DNA from: Planktothrix sp. GU0601_MAG3
Lineage (GTDB): Bacteria > Cyanobacteriota > Cyanobacteriia > Cyanobacteriales > Microcoleaceae
Assembly: GCA_035193785.1 (NCBI GenBank)
Contig: CP136572.1
Location: 1,748,578 to 1,812,577, forward strand
DNA: 64,000 nt
Direction: 5' to 3'
Position numbers and translations under genes: made by a program. The stretch's first letter is position 1, and every line of letters begins with the position of its first letter. The notes beneath the pieces were generated by a model that was not told the DNA's origin, searched no databases, and saw nothing but the letters and a program-made list of their open reading frames with translations. Shown in pieces: positions 24,201-35,263 of this stretch.

Positions 24201-25676
24201 ATGGTTATTTGAAAAAGCTCACTAAGGCTAATATATCCCCATCAACGCCTCAGTCTATACCCCAACAATTTACCCCTGTTGAAGCAAAATTAACCCCTCC
24301 AGACTATTCAGAATTCCAACAATTATTCCAGCTAGTTCAGAATAATACAGGACTAAGTGAACAACGCTTATATTCTCTGTTTTCTCTAGCAAAAAAGGTT
24401 TGTGTTGATAATATTCCCGGGAATTTTGTAGAGTGTGGCGTTGCCGATGGAGGATCAACGGCGTTAATGGCTGCTGTTATGAAACGCTATAGTAAACAGC
24501 CCCGAATCTTATATGCTTTTGATTCCTTTGAAGGATTACCCGAAACCCACAGAAGAAGATAAATATAACGGGGTGGCGGCGGAATTAGAAGGTTGGGGAA
24601 AAGGCAGTTGTGCAGCCCCCGAATCCAAGGTTTTAAATCTCTGCACCCAATTAGGAGTTTCTGATGTTGTTCGGACGGTCAAAGGCTATTTTCAAGACAC
24701 CTTACCTGAATTTAGAAATCCCGTTGGGGTGATTGCACTTTTACACGCCGATGGTGATTGGTATGAATCGACAAAAGTGATTTTGGAACAGTTTTTTGAT
24801 CGGGTTGTCAATGATGGATTTATCCAAGTTGATGATTATGGTGAGTGGGAAGGCTGTAAAAAAGCGTTGCATGAATTTGAAGCACAAAACCATCTGCAAT
24901 TTAACTTAAATAAAATTGATTACACGGGCGTTTGGTTCACAACACCCAATCAATTTCCCCTAAACCCCACCGTTGAAGAAAACTTAATCCAGGAATTTAA
25001 TCAGGATGATCCCGTGGTTTATGGGATTCAAAGTCAAATGTCGAAGAATGAACGGTTTCAATTGTATTATGTGCTGCGCCAACTGATTCCTGAACTTTCG
25101 AGTTCTCCGTTACGATTTATTGAAATTGGATCATTTGCTGGAAGTTCATTATTTTTAACTTGCAAAGCCTTAAGACGAGTCGAACAAAACTTAGAAGGAT
25201 TTGCCATAGACCCGGGTTTACACCCCCAGTTAAAAACGGTACTGCAACAGGTCAAGAAAGAGGTCAACCATCTGCAAATGTTCTCCTATGATGCGGTGAT
25301 GCAACTACGCCAGCAATTTGAGGCGGATGGTAATTTTCCACCCTTTATTTTTGTGGATGGGGATCATAGTTATGAGGGTGTGAAACAAGATATTATCAAT
25401 TATTTTCCTCTCCTAAAACCCGGTGGAATTATGATGTTTCACGACTATTTACCCCCTCTAAATGACGAAAATCGCAGTGCCATATTATCTCATCATGGGG
25501 GAAATGAGCCGGGAATTCGTCAGGCTTGCCAAGAATTGATGGAAGAAACATATCACTGTGAACTTATAGAAGTTCCACTCTTATATCCTGCCGATCCCAC
25601 TCAAACCCAAGCCTATCTTCCCATTATTCCAGGGGTATTTTCTACCATTCGAGTTTATCGTAAATCCATTCACTAA
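21220..25676 (+). CDS. Multidomain protein: class I MTase, GT-A glycosyltransferase, TPR, CmcI-like MTase, TylF-like MTase, Methyltransf_24; +1 frameshifts at 22816-22820 and 24542-24546
   Basis: Three ORFs join into 1,484 aa. Motifs: VLEVGG; FNRPDTT/IILEDDCLP; KNPFD..IIEIGSKSGGS; PGNFVECGV..AFDSFEGLP..HADGDWYEST; FIEIGSFAGSS..FVDGDHSYEG. Confidence 0.8.
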
Positions 25677-25693
25677 TTCCAGGAGTTCTGTTC

Positions 25694-28104
25694 ATGATTA
25701 AGGTTTCTGCATATTATCGATTGGTTGTGTTTAGGTGGTGCGGCGCGGGCGATGATAGCAACTGCGAAATATTCATCCAGATTAGGTCAATTAGAGCATC
25801 GCTTAGTTTCCCTGAAATCCCCTGATCCGATGGCTTTAGAACTGGCTGAAAGTTCAGGGATGAAGTTTTTACCCACCTCTGGTCATGCCTCTATTTTAAA
25901 AGCCATAGAGGATGTTGATATTGTCCATATTCATTATTGGAATAATCCTAAACTCTTTGAGTTTTTGCAATCAGAACTCCCGGAAATGAGATTATTAATC
26001 TGGTTTCACGTCGCAGGAGAATACCCTCCCCAGGTGATTACGAAGGAGTTAGTTGATTATGCGGATTTTGCTATTCCTTGTAATCCCTATTCCTACGAAC
26101 TTCCGGTATTTCAAAAACTCCCCAATGAAGTCAGAGTTAAAAAAATTGGCATGGTGTACGATGCGGCCGATTTTGAGCGGGTTGTAGATGTTAAACCTAA
26201 ACCCCATGATACTTTTAATGTGGGCTACATTGGCAGTGTTAGCTTTAGCAAAATGCACCAAAATTATGTATCAATAAGTGCTGCTGTTGATATTCCCAAG
26301 GTGCAGTTTATTGTTTGTGGCGGGGGTGCGGAAGATTATCTGAAAAAACAAGCCCAGGAAATCGGCGCCGTTGAAAAATTTGACTTTCGCGGATTCGTTG
26401 AAGATATTAAATCTGTTATCGAAATTTTAGATATCTACGGTTATCCTTTGTGTGAAGATACCTATGCAGCAGCAGAATTAAATTTACAAGAAGTCATGTA
26501 TGCAGGCATTCCCCCAGTTGTTTTTCCCCATGGGGGAATTAAACGATTAGTGATTAATAATTATACCGGGTTAGTGGCTCAGAGTGAATCTGAATATACC
26601 CAAGCCATTGAATATCTGTATCATCATCCCGAAGAAAGAGCCAGACTGGGGCGCAATGCCAGAGAATATGCACAACAATTATTTGGGGCCGAAAACGCAG
26701 CGAAACAGCTTAACCCCATTTATAAAAAAATGGTGCAATTACCCAAGCAAAAAAGAGAATGGGGAATCCCAATTGGATCGACTTTATTAGACCAACCCTT
26801 ATCTTTATTAGATGTAGTTATACCCTCTGACAAGTTTATGGGGGCTAGGGCTTTTATTCAATCTTTAGGGCATCAAGCACAACCTTTTACTGTTAGTTTG
26901 ATTTCCGATAATATTGAACATTTATTGGCAGCAGAAAAACAAATTGCTGAATCATCTATTTTATTGGGTTTAGGAGAGGGAGGAGTTCATCAATACCGAG
27001 ATTATTATCTCAATGATGGTTATTTGAGATTGTGGTTGGGATTAGTTTCTCAGCAATAAGGATCGAAATCATCAAGCTATTTCTGAATTTCAAAATGCGA
27101 TTAATTTAGGATGTAATCATTGGCGAGTTTTCTGGTATCTAGCTCAAGCAGCAGAGCAGGTTCAAAATATTGCTTTAGCTGAAAATGCTGTGAATCAAGT
27201 ATTGGGTTTTGTTCCCAATTTTACCGATGCTCAAGAAATGCTCCAGCGTTTGCAAGCGTTATTAGTCTCCGATGTAACTCATCTCGAATTAAAAGAGATT
27301 AATCTAATTATCTTTCCCGACTGGAAACAGCCGGAAGAATCGGTTTGCTCAGAATTAATGCGGGTAATTAAAGCATTGGTTAACCATCCTGATAAAAGTC
27401 GTATTAAACTACTTATTGATCATCAAAATATTGCTGATGAAGAAGCGGATTTAATTTTATCGAGTGTGGTCATGAATCTATTAATGGAGGAGGAATTAGA
27501 TATCGAACAAGGGCCAGATATTTCACTCATCGGGGAGTTAACTCAACCCCAGTGGTTAAATTTACTTTCTATTGTCCAAGGTAAAATTAGTTTAGATTTG
27601 GAAAACTCAGCTATTATTGAAAAGTTTGATGGAATTCAAATTCCAGAGTTTTCCTTGGAAACATTGGTAGATTGGCGAGGTATTGGGTTAAAAAATGGGA
27701 CTTGGGAATTGTGGAAACTTAAAGAACAAAATTATATTGTATTTCCCGATTGGCAACAGCAAGAAGAAACCCTCTATTTAGAGTTAGCTGATGTATTGCA
27801 AGCGATCGCTTCTCTGCCGAATAAAAGTCAAATCACCCTCTATATCAATAGTCAAAATATCCCCGATGAAGATGCGAATTTAATTCTATCTAGCCTGATT
27901 ATGAATTTATTAATGGAGACTGAATTAGATGTGACGGAAGCACTAGAAATTGTGCTAACTGGACAATTAACCGATCTTCAAGCCCAGGGTTTACTACCCC
28001 ATTTAACGGCCCGAATTGTTTTAGAGCATGAAGATAAAAATGCGATCGCCGATCTAGGTGGAGAAACTTTACCGATTTATGATGAGAAAAAAAATAACAC
28101 CTAA
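25694..28104 (+). CDS. GT4-like glycosyltransferase with TPR and two copies of an unnamed C-terminal domain; +1 frameshifts at 25703-25707 and 27045-27049
   Basis: MIKVLHIIDWLCLGGAAR start after repair; ELNLQEVMYAGIPPV and RARLGRNAREYA motifs. Repaired length 802 aa. Confidence 0.8.
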
Positions 28105-28252
28105 AATTTTTATAACTGACGCACCGAGTCGTTAAATGTAGAGGGGGTGACACCGGAAACTTTTCTATCTCAACATAAATTCATCGGTTGTCACCCATTC
28201 TAGGAAAGTCTAACCTATATGACTGATATTCCTACTCAACTCTGTCGTTGAA

Positions 28253-30467
28253 TTAATTCTTTCCATCGATATACCTTTGCCACATTTGTTGATAAGCATT
28301 TTCCATTTCACGGGTAAATTGTTTCCCATTCCAAAGTGGAGCGGTTTGTCGATTTTTCCTTAATTTCCAAGCAATTTGTTGGCGTAAATTCTCATCTTTT
28401 CCTAACTTAATTCCCCATTCCACATATTCCTCATCTGTCCAAGCAATTCCCTCCGTAATTCCCGCATTGATCATCATCGTATAACTATTTCGGGCTGAAA
28501 ATTGTTGCCCAACTCTTGTTACCAATGGAATCCCCATCCAGAGAGTTTCCATTGTGGTTGTAGCGCCATTATAAGGGTAGGTATCTAACAGAATATCTGC
28601 TAACATTAAATTAGCTCGATGAATAGAAGCCAAAGGCACTGCTGGCATAAATTTAAGACGATCAGAATTGACCCCAATTTCATCAGCTAGTTGAATCAAA
28701 TACTCTTGAAACCAAATCTTGATCCCTAATCGAATCTTTAATTAAAAAATAACTATTCGGCACAGATTTGATAATTTGCATTTGCAGTTTAGCCGTTTCT
28801 AAGTTATATTTATAACCACTTTGAGCCGTTAAAAATACAATGGCATCACTGGGAATATTCAGATGTTCACGACGTAAAGATGGATTACTTATTTCAAATC
28901 CATCCACGGCAATATAGGTTTTGGGTAATCTCCAAATTGTTTCCTGATAATGGTCTTGGGCATTTTCTGGCAACACATAAGGATCGGCAATAAAATAATC
29001 AATGGTTGGAACTTCTGAAGCATCCCATCCTAACCAAGAAAGTTGAATCGGGGCTAATTTCAGGGCCATAATTTTACAACAGAAATTGAGGGTAATGCTA
29101 TCTAAATCAACAATAATATCAAGTTCATCTTTGGTAATGGTATTAATAATTTGTTCGGAAGCATAAAGGGGAAATTCATAAGCACAATCGGAATTTTGAA
29201 CATACCAATTCTGTAAATCATCAACTCGTCCTTGAGCATTAATTAAATAAGCATATATTTTAAAATTTTCTCGATTATGATATTGAAATAACCAACGAGT
29301 TAACCACCCGACTGAATGGGTACGCAGACAATGGGAAACATATCCTATTTTTAAAGGTTTAGTTTCATAATTTTGCTTCAACAAGGAATATCTTTGACGG
29401 TTTCTCTGAATAATATCGGAGTTTTGATTTTCTATATTGCGTTGACAAACTTGGGCTATTTTATGCCTAATTAATAAGTTTTCTGGAAGATTGTCTTGGA
29501 AATAAGGCAAGAAAAAACTGGCACTATAAAGCTGTAAAACCTCTCTTTCTGTTAAGTCATTGGGTTTTTCTCTTAAATAGGAATCCAATAAATATTTTTG
29601 ATGTTTAAAAAGAGAAATACATTCCTCAGACTGACCATAACCTGTATGAATTAAGCCCCGGATAATTAAATAGTTGGCAAATACCCTATCTATTTTATTT
29701 TCTAATATGGAATAATATTTTTTAGCAAAACCCACTCCTTTTTCTTGATTTCCACTATCTTGATAAAATGTCGCAACTTGACGAATTAACTCCAGATTAT
29801 TTTCATCTAAATATAACCCTAATTCGGCTAAATTTCCAGCCTGTTCTGGCTGCGACATTACCACACCGATCTGAAACGCAGCTTTCAGGAGAATATTAAT
29901 ATATTTTTCTGGATCATTAACATAGGGAATACAAGCTTTTGATAACTCATAAGATTGAGGGTGAAGGGGATCAAAATTTAAAACTTGATCGAGAGTTTTC
30001 AGAAGATACTCAACATCAATATCTTGATTTGTCCCCTGTTGAAGTTGCTCAATAATACCCCATGAGGTTAAGTCTTCACCTGTGTATGTTTTTAACTGAA
30101 AACTTAAATTAATCAAGTTTAATAAATTATTAATGTCATCGGGGCTAATTTCTCGAATATGCTGTCTAATTAGCCAAGCAGAGTCATATTTATTTTCAAG
30201 TTGTAGTGCTGCTAATTCTAAGATCTGTTTGATGTCCTGTGTCCAGCATTCCACATCTTCAGGTTCTCCATCCGTCATGGCCAATAACCAGGTCGTTTGA
30301 GCTTCTACTTCTTCCCCTTGTAAGAGTAAAAATAAGCCCAAATACCAGTAATAAGACTTTATTTCTGGTTGATGATTAATCCGTTCTTCATAATAATTTT
30401 TAGCGGAACTATAATCCTCAGTTTCCAGATATTTAATCGCTTGTTGCTGCCCATTCAGTAAATTCAT
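28253..30467 (-). CDS. GT41 O-GlcNAc-transferase-like protein (OgtA-like); +1 frameshift at 28708-28712
   Basis: LKIGYVSHCLRTHSVGWL, APIQLSWLGWDAS and LDTYPYNGATTTMETLWMGIP motifs. Repaired length 737 aa. Confidence 0.92.
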
Positions 30468-30497
30468 TAAAATATTTTAAGTAAAAAATTAATAGAT

Positions 30498-32726
30498 TTA
30501 GACTCCATTCTCAGTATAGTTTAACCACATTTTTTCATAGGCATTTTCCATATCTCGTGTAAATTGTTTCGCATTCCACAGAGGGGCTGTTCGCCGATTC
30601 ATTCTTAATTTCCAAGCAATTTGTTGGCGTAAATTCTCATCTTTTCCTAACTTAATTCCCCATTCCACATATTCCTCATCCGTCCAAGCAATACCTTCTG
30701 TAATTCCGGCATTGATCATCATTGTATAACTATTCCGAGCAGCAAATTGTTGTCCCACTCTGGTGACCATTGGAATCCCCATCCACAGGGTTTCCATTGT
30801 GGTTGTAGCTCCATTATAAGGGTAGGTATCTAAAACCACATCAGCAATCCTTAAATTAGCTCGATGAGTCGCTTCGGTTGGTGATTGAGGAAGTAGTTTT
30901 AAACGATCGCAATCTACCCCCACAGATTCTGCAATTTCAGCATAAAATGTTTTTAGAGATTCCTGATCAGCCATCCCCTTAATCAGAAAATAACTATTCG
31001 GAACTTCCTTAAGAATTTGTAGTTGTAATTCGGCTGTATGAGGATTGTATTTATATCCCCTTTGGGCGGTAAAATAAATAATTGCATCCATCGGAATATC
31101 TAGCTGATCTCGACGCAAATCGGGTACCGCCACTTCAAACCCATCTACAGCAATATAAGTTTGAGGGAGACGCACAATTTTTTCACTATAGTAATTTTGG
31201 GCATCTTCCGGTAAAACATAAGGATCAGCAATAAAATAATCAATAGTGGGTACTGATGACGCATCCCACCCTAACCAAGTGACCTGGATGGGGGCGGGTT
31301 TAATCGCCAGGGTTTCACAAACATTCGTTAACGTCATACTATCCAAATCAACTAAAATATCAACTCCATCCTCATAGACTTTTTTAGCCACATCTTGACC
31401 ATCTAATCCTAATCGATGGGATTTATCACTTTTCGTGATATACCATTTTTGCAGTTCATTCTGGTTTAATTCAGCGGCAAATAAATAGGTATGAATGGCA
31501 AATTTTTCATGATCATGATGTTGAAATAATCCCCGCGCCAACCACCCGACAGAATGATTCCGCAAACAGTGGGAAACATAACCAATTTTTAGGCGTTTTT
31601 CAGAATTCGGAAGGATTGACTTAGATTGCCACTGACGGCAGTATTGAATTGTGTCTTGAGCACATTTCTCCATATTAGACTGAAGAAATTGGGCAACTTT
31701 TTGCCGAAACCGTAGATTTTCAGCCAGTTGATCTTGAAAATAAGGGAAAAAAAAGGTTGCCGCAAATAGACGCACCGCCGTATCAAAAGGGAGGGAATTG
31801 GAATCATCTTCCACCAGACAATTGAGCATTGATTTATAGCTTTCTAAAACTGAGGAAAATTCAGTCCATCGCCCTCCCGCACTCATTAATCCCCGCAATA
31901 ATAAGAATTTAGCATAAACTTGATCGGGAAAAGTTTTCATCCGGGCATAACAGTTTTCTGCTGTTTCTATCCCTTTGGAATAATTTCTAATATCTTGATA
32001 AAATGAGGAAAGACACCTGAGTAATTCAGGATGGTCGGGATCAACGGTTAAGCCTTGCTCTGTAAACTTAATTGCTAGTTGGTATTGGCTGCCGGAATAG
32101 GCTAATTTATAGATAAATGGAATTAAAACTTCCATAAAAGATTGAGAGTCTTGAATATGGCTAATACAGACCTCGGCAAACTCATAGGATAAAAAATGTT
32201 CTGGCTCTTGTTCTAAAACATTATTTAAAATTTGCAGTAGGAGTTCGTTATTAATATTAATGATTTGATCGGATTTAAGAGTTTCAATAATTCCTAGGTC
32301 TACCAGAGTTTCTGGGGTGTAGGTTTTGTTCAACGTAGACAAACCCACCAAATGCAAGACATTATTAATATCAGCAGGATTAACCTCTTGAATATGTTGC
32401 CGAATTACCCAAGCCGTTGTGTAGTCCCCAAGAATTAACCGTTGTCGTTCGGCTTCGGTTTCTAAAATATTGCTTAATTCTTCTACCCCTTGGTCAATGG
32501 CTTCTGGTTCTTCTCCCATGCCCACAAACCAAGTGGTTTGGGCTTCAACTTCTTTCCCTTGCAATAATAAAATTAATCCCAAATGCCAATAGTTAGATTT
32601 AATATCAGGCTCTGACTGTATAGCTTGTTCATAAAGTTGGGCAGCCTGATCATACTGTTTGTTTTGGAAATATTCCTCGGCTATTTTTTGCCAATTAGAA
32701 TTAAGCACTAACTTGGAATTAGACAT
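30498..32726 (-). CDS. GT41 O-GlcNAc-transferase-like protein (OgtA-like), intact
   Basis: LKIGYVSHCLRNHSVGWL, APIQVTWLGWDAS and LDTYPYNGATTT motifs; directly downstream of the pilin gene. Confidence 0.93.
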   Translation of the reverse strand: MSNSKLVLNSNWQKIAEEYFQNKQYDQAAQLYEQAIQSEPDIKSNYWHLGLILLLQGKEVEAQTTWFVGMGEEPEAIDQGVEELSNILETEAERQRLILGDYTTAWVIRQHIQEVNPADINNVLHLVGLSTLNKTYTPETLVDLGIIETLKSDQIININNELLLQILNNVLEQEPEHFLSYEFAEVCISHIQDSQSFMEVLIPFIYKLAYSGSQYQLAIKFTEQGLTVDPDHPELLRCLSSFYQDIRNYSKGIETAENCYARMKTFPDQVYAKFLLLRGLMSAGGRWTEFSSVLESYKSMLNCLVEDDSNSLPFDTAVRLFAATFFFPYFQDQLAENLRFRQKVAQFLQSNMEKCAQDTIQYCRQWQSKSILPNSEKRLKIGYVSHCLRNHSVGWLARGLFQHHDHEKFAIHTYLFAAELNQNELQKWYITKSDKSHRLGLDGQDVAKKVYEDGVDILVDLDSMTLTNVCETLAIKPAPIQVTWLGWDASSVPTIDYFIADPYVLPEDAQNYYSEKIVRLPQTYIAVDGFEVAVPDLRRDQLDIPMDAIIYFTAQRGYKYNPHTAELQLQILKEVPNSYFLIKGMADQESLKTFYAEIAESVGVDCDRLKLLPQSPTEATHRANLRIADVVLDTYPYNGATTTMETLWMGIPMVTRVGQQFAARNSYTMMINAGITEGIAWTDEEYVEWGIKLGKDENLRQQIAWKLRMNRRTAPLWNAKQFTRDMENAYEKMWLNYTENGV

Positions 32727-32762
32727 TGCCTTTCTCTCTACTGATCCCGTTCACCTAATATC

Positions 32763-32795
32763 AAAGCGGGGGCTATGGGTCAAGCCTCCCGCTTT
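32763..32795 (-). terminator. Stem-loop downstream of the pilin gene (terminator or mRNA-stabilising hairpin)
   Basis: AAAGCGGGGGCT-ATGGGTCA-AGCCTCCCGCTTT inverted repeat between pilA and the first GT41 gene. Confidence 0.55.
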
Positions 32796-32849
32796 TATTA
32801 GTTAAACATTGTTGTGAACTAATACCAAAAACTCGTAGTAATGAGTAGA

Positions 32850-33374
32850 TTACTTAGTCACTGCGCTTTGACCAGCAGCACAAGCAGGAGAAGCTGTACC
32901 ATTGGGTGTAACAGTAGTCGGTACTTGCCAGTTAGCGGTAACAGACTGTTCACACAGTAGAGTTTCTGTGGTTTTTGCATCCCCCGCTGGGATCAGGCCC
33001 ACGGCTCCAACATAGGCTTTCATGGCCAGCGATGCAGGTGCTGCGGTTGAGGAAGCTCCGTTACCATCTTTTCCAGCTCCATACTTGAAGTTGGAGGTTT
33101 GGGTTTTCAAGCCAATCCCTAATTCTGAGATATTGGCAGCAAATGCTGTATTTTCCACATAGTAGGCTTGCTGACCTTTGTTAACAGCAGAGAGGTATTG
33201 TTTCCCTTCGGACTGTTTGGCTTTGTTAGCTTGGTTGAGGAAGGAAGGTAGAGCGATCGCAGCCAAAATACCGATAATGATAATAACGACTAACAGTTCA
33301 ATTAAGGTGAAACCTTCTTCTTTTTTTCTATTAGAAACGTATTGCAGGAATTTTGCTTTAAATTCGGTCTTCAT
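32850..33374 (-). CDS. pilA: Type IV major pilin
   Basis: MKTEFKAKFLQYVSNRKKEEG/FTLIELLVVIIIIGILAAIALPSFLNQ prepilin cleavage motif; C-terminal Cys pair; start at ATG 33374. Confidence 0.93.
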   Translation of the reverse strand: MKTEFKAKFLQYVSNRKKEEGFTLIELLVVIIIIGILAAIALPSFLNQANKAKQSEGKQYLSAVNKGQQAYYVENTAFAANISELGIGLKTQTSNFKYGAGKDGNGASSTAAPASLAMKAYVGAVGLIPAGDAKTTETLLCEQSVTANWQVPTTVTPNGTASPACAAGQSAVTK

Positions 33375-33425
33375 AATCTTTTCTCCGTTTGGGGGGATGT
33401 TTAACTTTTTATCTGGTAGTTCTAA

Positions 33426-33432
33426 CTTACCC
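33426..33432 (-). promoter_or_regulatory. Putative SigF-type promoter element GGGTAAG upstream of pilA
   Basis: GGGTAAG lies ~52 nt upstream of the pilA ATG and matches the motif described for the SigF-dependent Synechocystis pilA1 promoter. Confidence 0.55.
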
Positions 33433-33472
33433 ACTGCTCTAAAGTTTCATATCACCCCAACAAAATTTTTTT

Positions 33473-34804
33473 TCAATTTGATCCTGAACGCTGCAAAAGC
33501 ACATATAGAAAGGCATCTAGGGTTGTCAGTAATTCCTTAACCTGCTCAAAGGCGATTTGAGGATTGATTGGTTCCAGGGTAACTGGGTCTACAGGTTGGA
33601 TCTGTTGCCAACGTTCTACCAGGGACATAATCGGCTGTTCCGTCTCCCACAGGGGCAGCAAACAGGCAGCCAGACGACTTTCAAGGGTAATGGGTACAAT
33701 GGTTGGCAACTTAACATATTGACTGATTTCAAAATGCCTTTGGGTCTTGACACATTCAATTAAGTCCTCTTTAGCCTTGCTGGTTTTGAGTTGGGGATGG
33801 AGATGGACTTGGGTTGTTCGCCAGTCTGTATCTGTCCAGTTACTAACGGGAATCATAGATTGATTGATCATCGGATGACCACACCAAAAATCAAGCAAAC
33901 GATGGATAGGATGCAATAGCTCATAGAAATGTAAGCGATCTTCTATTGAGAGTTCGGGTAAACTCATCCCTAAAAAGGCTGGTAAATTCTCAGCATCCTT
34001 AAATAAATCGATCACTTCCCAGTTTCGCCAGTTAACCATACTAATTAGCTCTAAGTCTGAGTTTCTTAGTGCTGCAAATAGTTCTGGAATGGTGTAACCT
34101 TTGTCTCCTTGAAACAGATAATTCATTAATACCCATTCCTTTTCTTGGATTTTTTCAGCATTATAGGTTTGTGATTTCAATAAAACTTGATCTTTTAATG
34201 CTCCCATGATTTCCCCAGTTAAATCAATCTCTAACTCGGTAGGGTTATCATCCATTAATCCCATCATTTTGAATAGGGATTGCGCCCTAAAATAATTAGC
34301 ACGCTGAAACGCACTGTGGAGATTTGTTCTAATTATTCCTTCTGGCTTCAAAACTGATTTCATTGCCTTTAGGGGTACGGTAATATCAGGAAACAGATAC
34401 AACGATTCATCATTATTAATATAATCAAACTCATAACCCAGTTGTGGCAAGTTTTCTATGGGTAAAACATAAAATTCGGCGTTGTCAAACCCATGAAATT
34501 TTAAACGCTCACGGGCTAGTTCAATAGATTGTTCAGAAATATCAATTCCCACAATCTTAGCCCCCGGATTAGCTTCTGCTAACACTAAAGATTTATATCC
34601 CGTGCCACATCCGGCATCTAAAATAACTTTGCCTTCTGTATGAATAACTTTCTGATATTTTAGATAATAGCAAGTTACTAAATTATGAATAAATAGTAAC
34701 TCATAATCGGTTTTAGGTGATTGTTCTAAAGGAGTTCTAGGATAGGGTGCTGAGTCAAACTGTTGACGAATTTTTTCTAATAATTCCGGGTCTTGATTTT
34801 GCAT
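33473..34804 (-). CDS. Class I SAM-dependent methyltransferase upstream of pilA
   Basis: VILDAGCGTG, IVGIDIS and FDYINNDE motifs; 443 aa. Confidence 0.88.
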   Translation of the reverse strand: MQNQDPELLEKIRQQFDSAPYPRTPLEQSPKTDYELLFIHNLVTCYYLKYQKVIHTEGKVILDAGCGTGYKSLVLAEANPGAKIVGIDISEQSIELARERLKFHGFDNAEFYVLPIENLPQLGYEFDYINNDESLYLFPDITVPLKAMKSVLKPEGIIRTNLHSAFQRANYFRAQSLFKMMGLMDDNPTELEIDLTGEIMGALKDQVLLKSQTYNAEKIQEKEWVLMNYLFQGDKGYTIPELFAALRNSDLELISMVNWRNWEVIDLFKDAENLPAFLGMSLPELSIEDRLHFYELLHPIHRLLDFWCGHPMINQSMIPVSNWTDTDWRTTQVHLHPQLKTSKAKEDLIECVKTQRHFEISQYVKLPTIVPITLESRLAACLLPLWETEQPIMSLVERWQQIQPVDPVTLEPINPQIAFEQVKELLTTLDAFLYVLLQRSGSN

Positions 34805-34871
34805 GGGTATTTCTCAAGTAAACTATTAAATGGCGATCGCACCCTTTCCATTTATTTATAGAATGCCATCT

Positions 34872-35069
34872 ATGGATAACAAAATTACATTTCTACTCAA
34901 AGTTCTACTCCTATCCCTAGGGTTATCGGTTTTGATCAAGTTCGTTGGCCCATTGCTGAAAATTCCAACGTCCTCAACCATTGCCTTAGTCGCCGTTTGC
35001 TTACCTTCGGTTATTCTGGCCTTATTATTCAGTTGGCGGCTTAGACAATATCCTCAACAGCCGGAATAG
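34872..35069 (+). CDS. Small two-TM hypothetical protein
   Basis: MDNKITFLLKVLLLSLGLSVLIKFVGP...ALLFSWR; two hydrophobic helices. Confidence 0.6.
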   Translation: MDNKITFLLKVLLLSLGLSVLIKFVGPLLKIPTSSTIALVAVCLPSVILALLFSWRLRQYPQQPE

Positions 35070-35263
35070 TCGGGCAAAAAAATAGCCGATTGGGGGGAGA
35101 AATAGCGATCGCTTTTCCCCCGTCCCTCAGAGGAGAAAGCATACAAATTTCGGTCGCCCAGCCAGGTTTATCTGCGATAAACTATTAGAAATAGAGAAGC
35201 TCGATCAAAAGGCTATTATTTTTTGATCAGTTTAAAACATTACAACAGGAGTCAGGCCAACCC

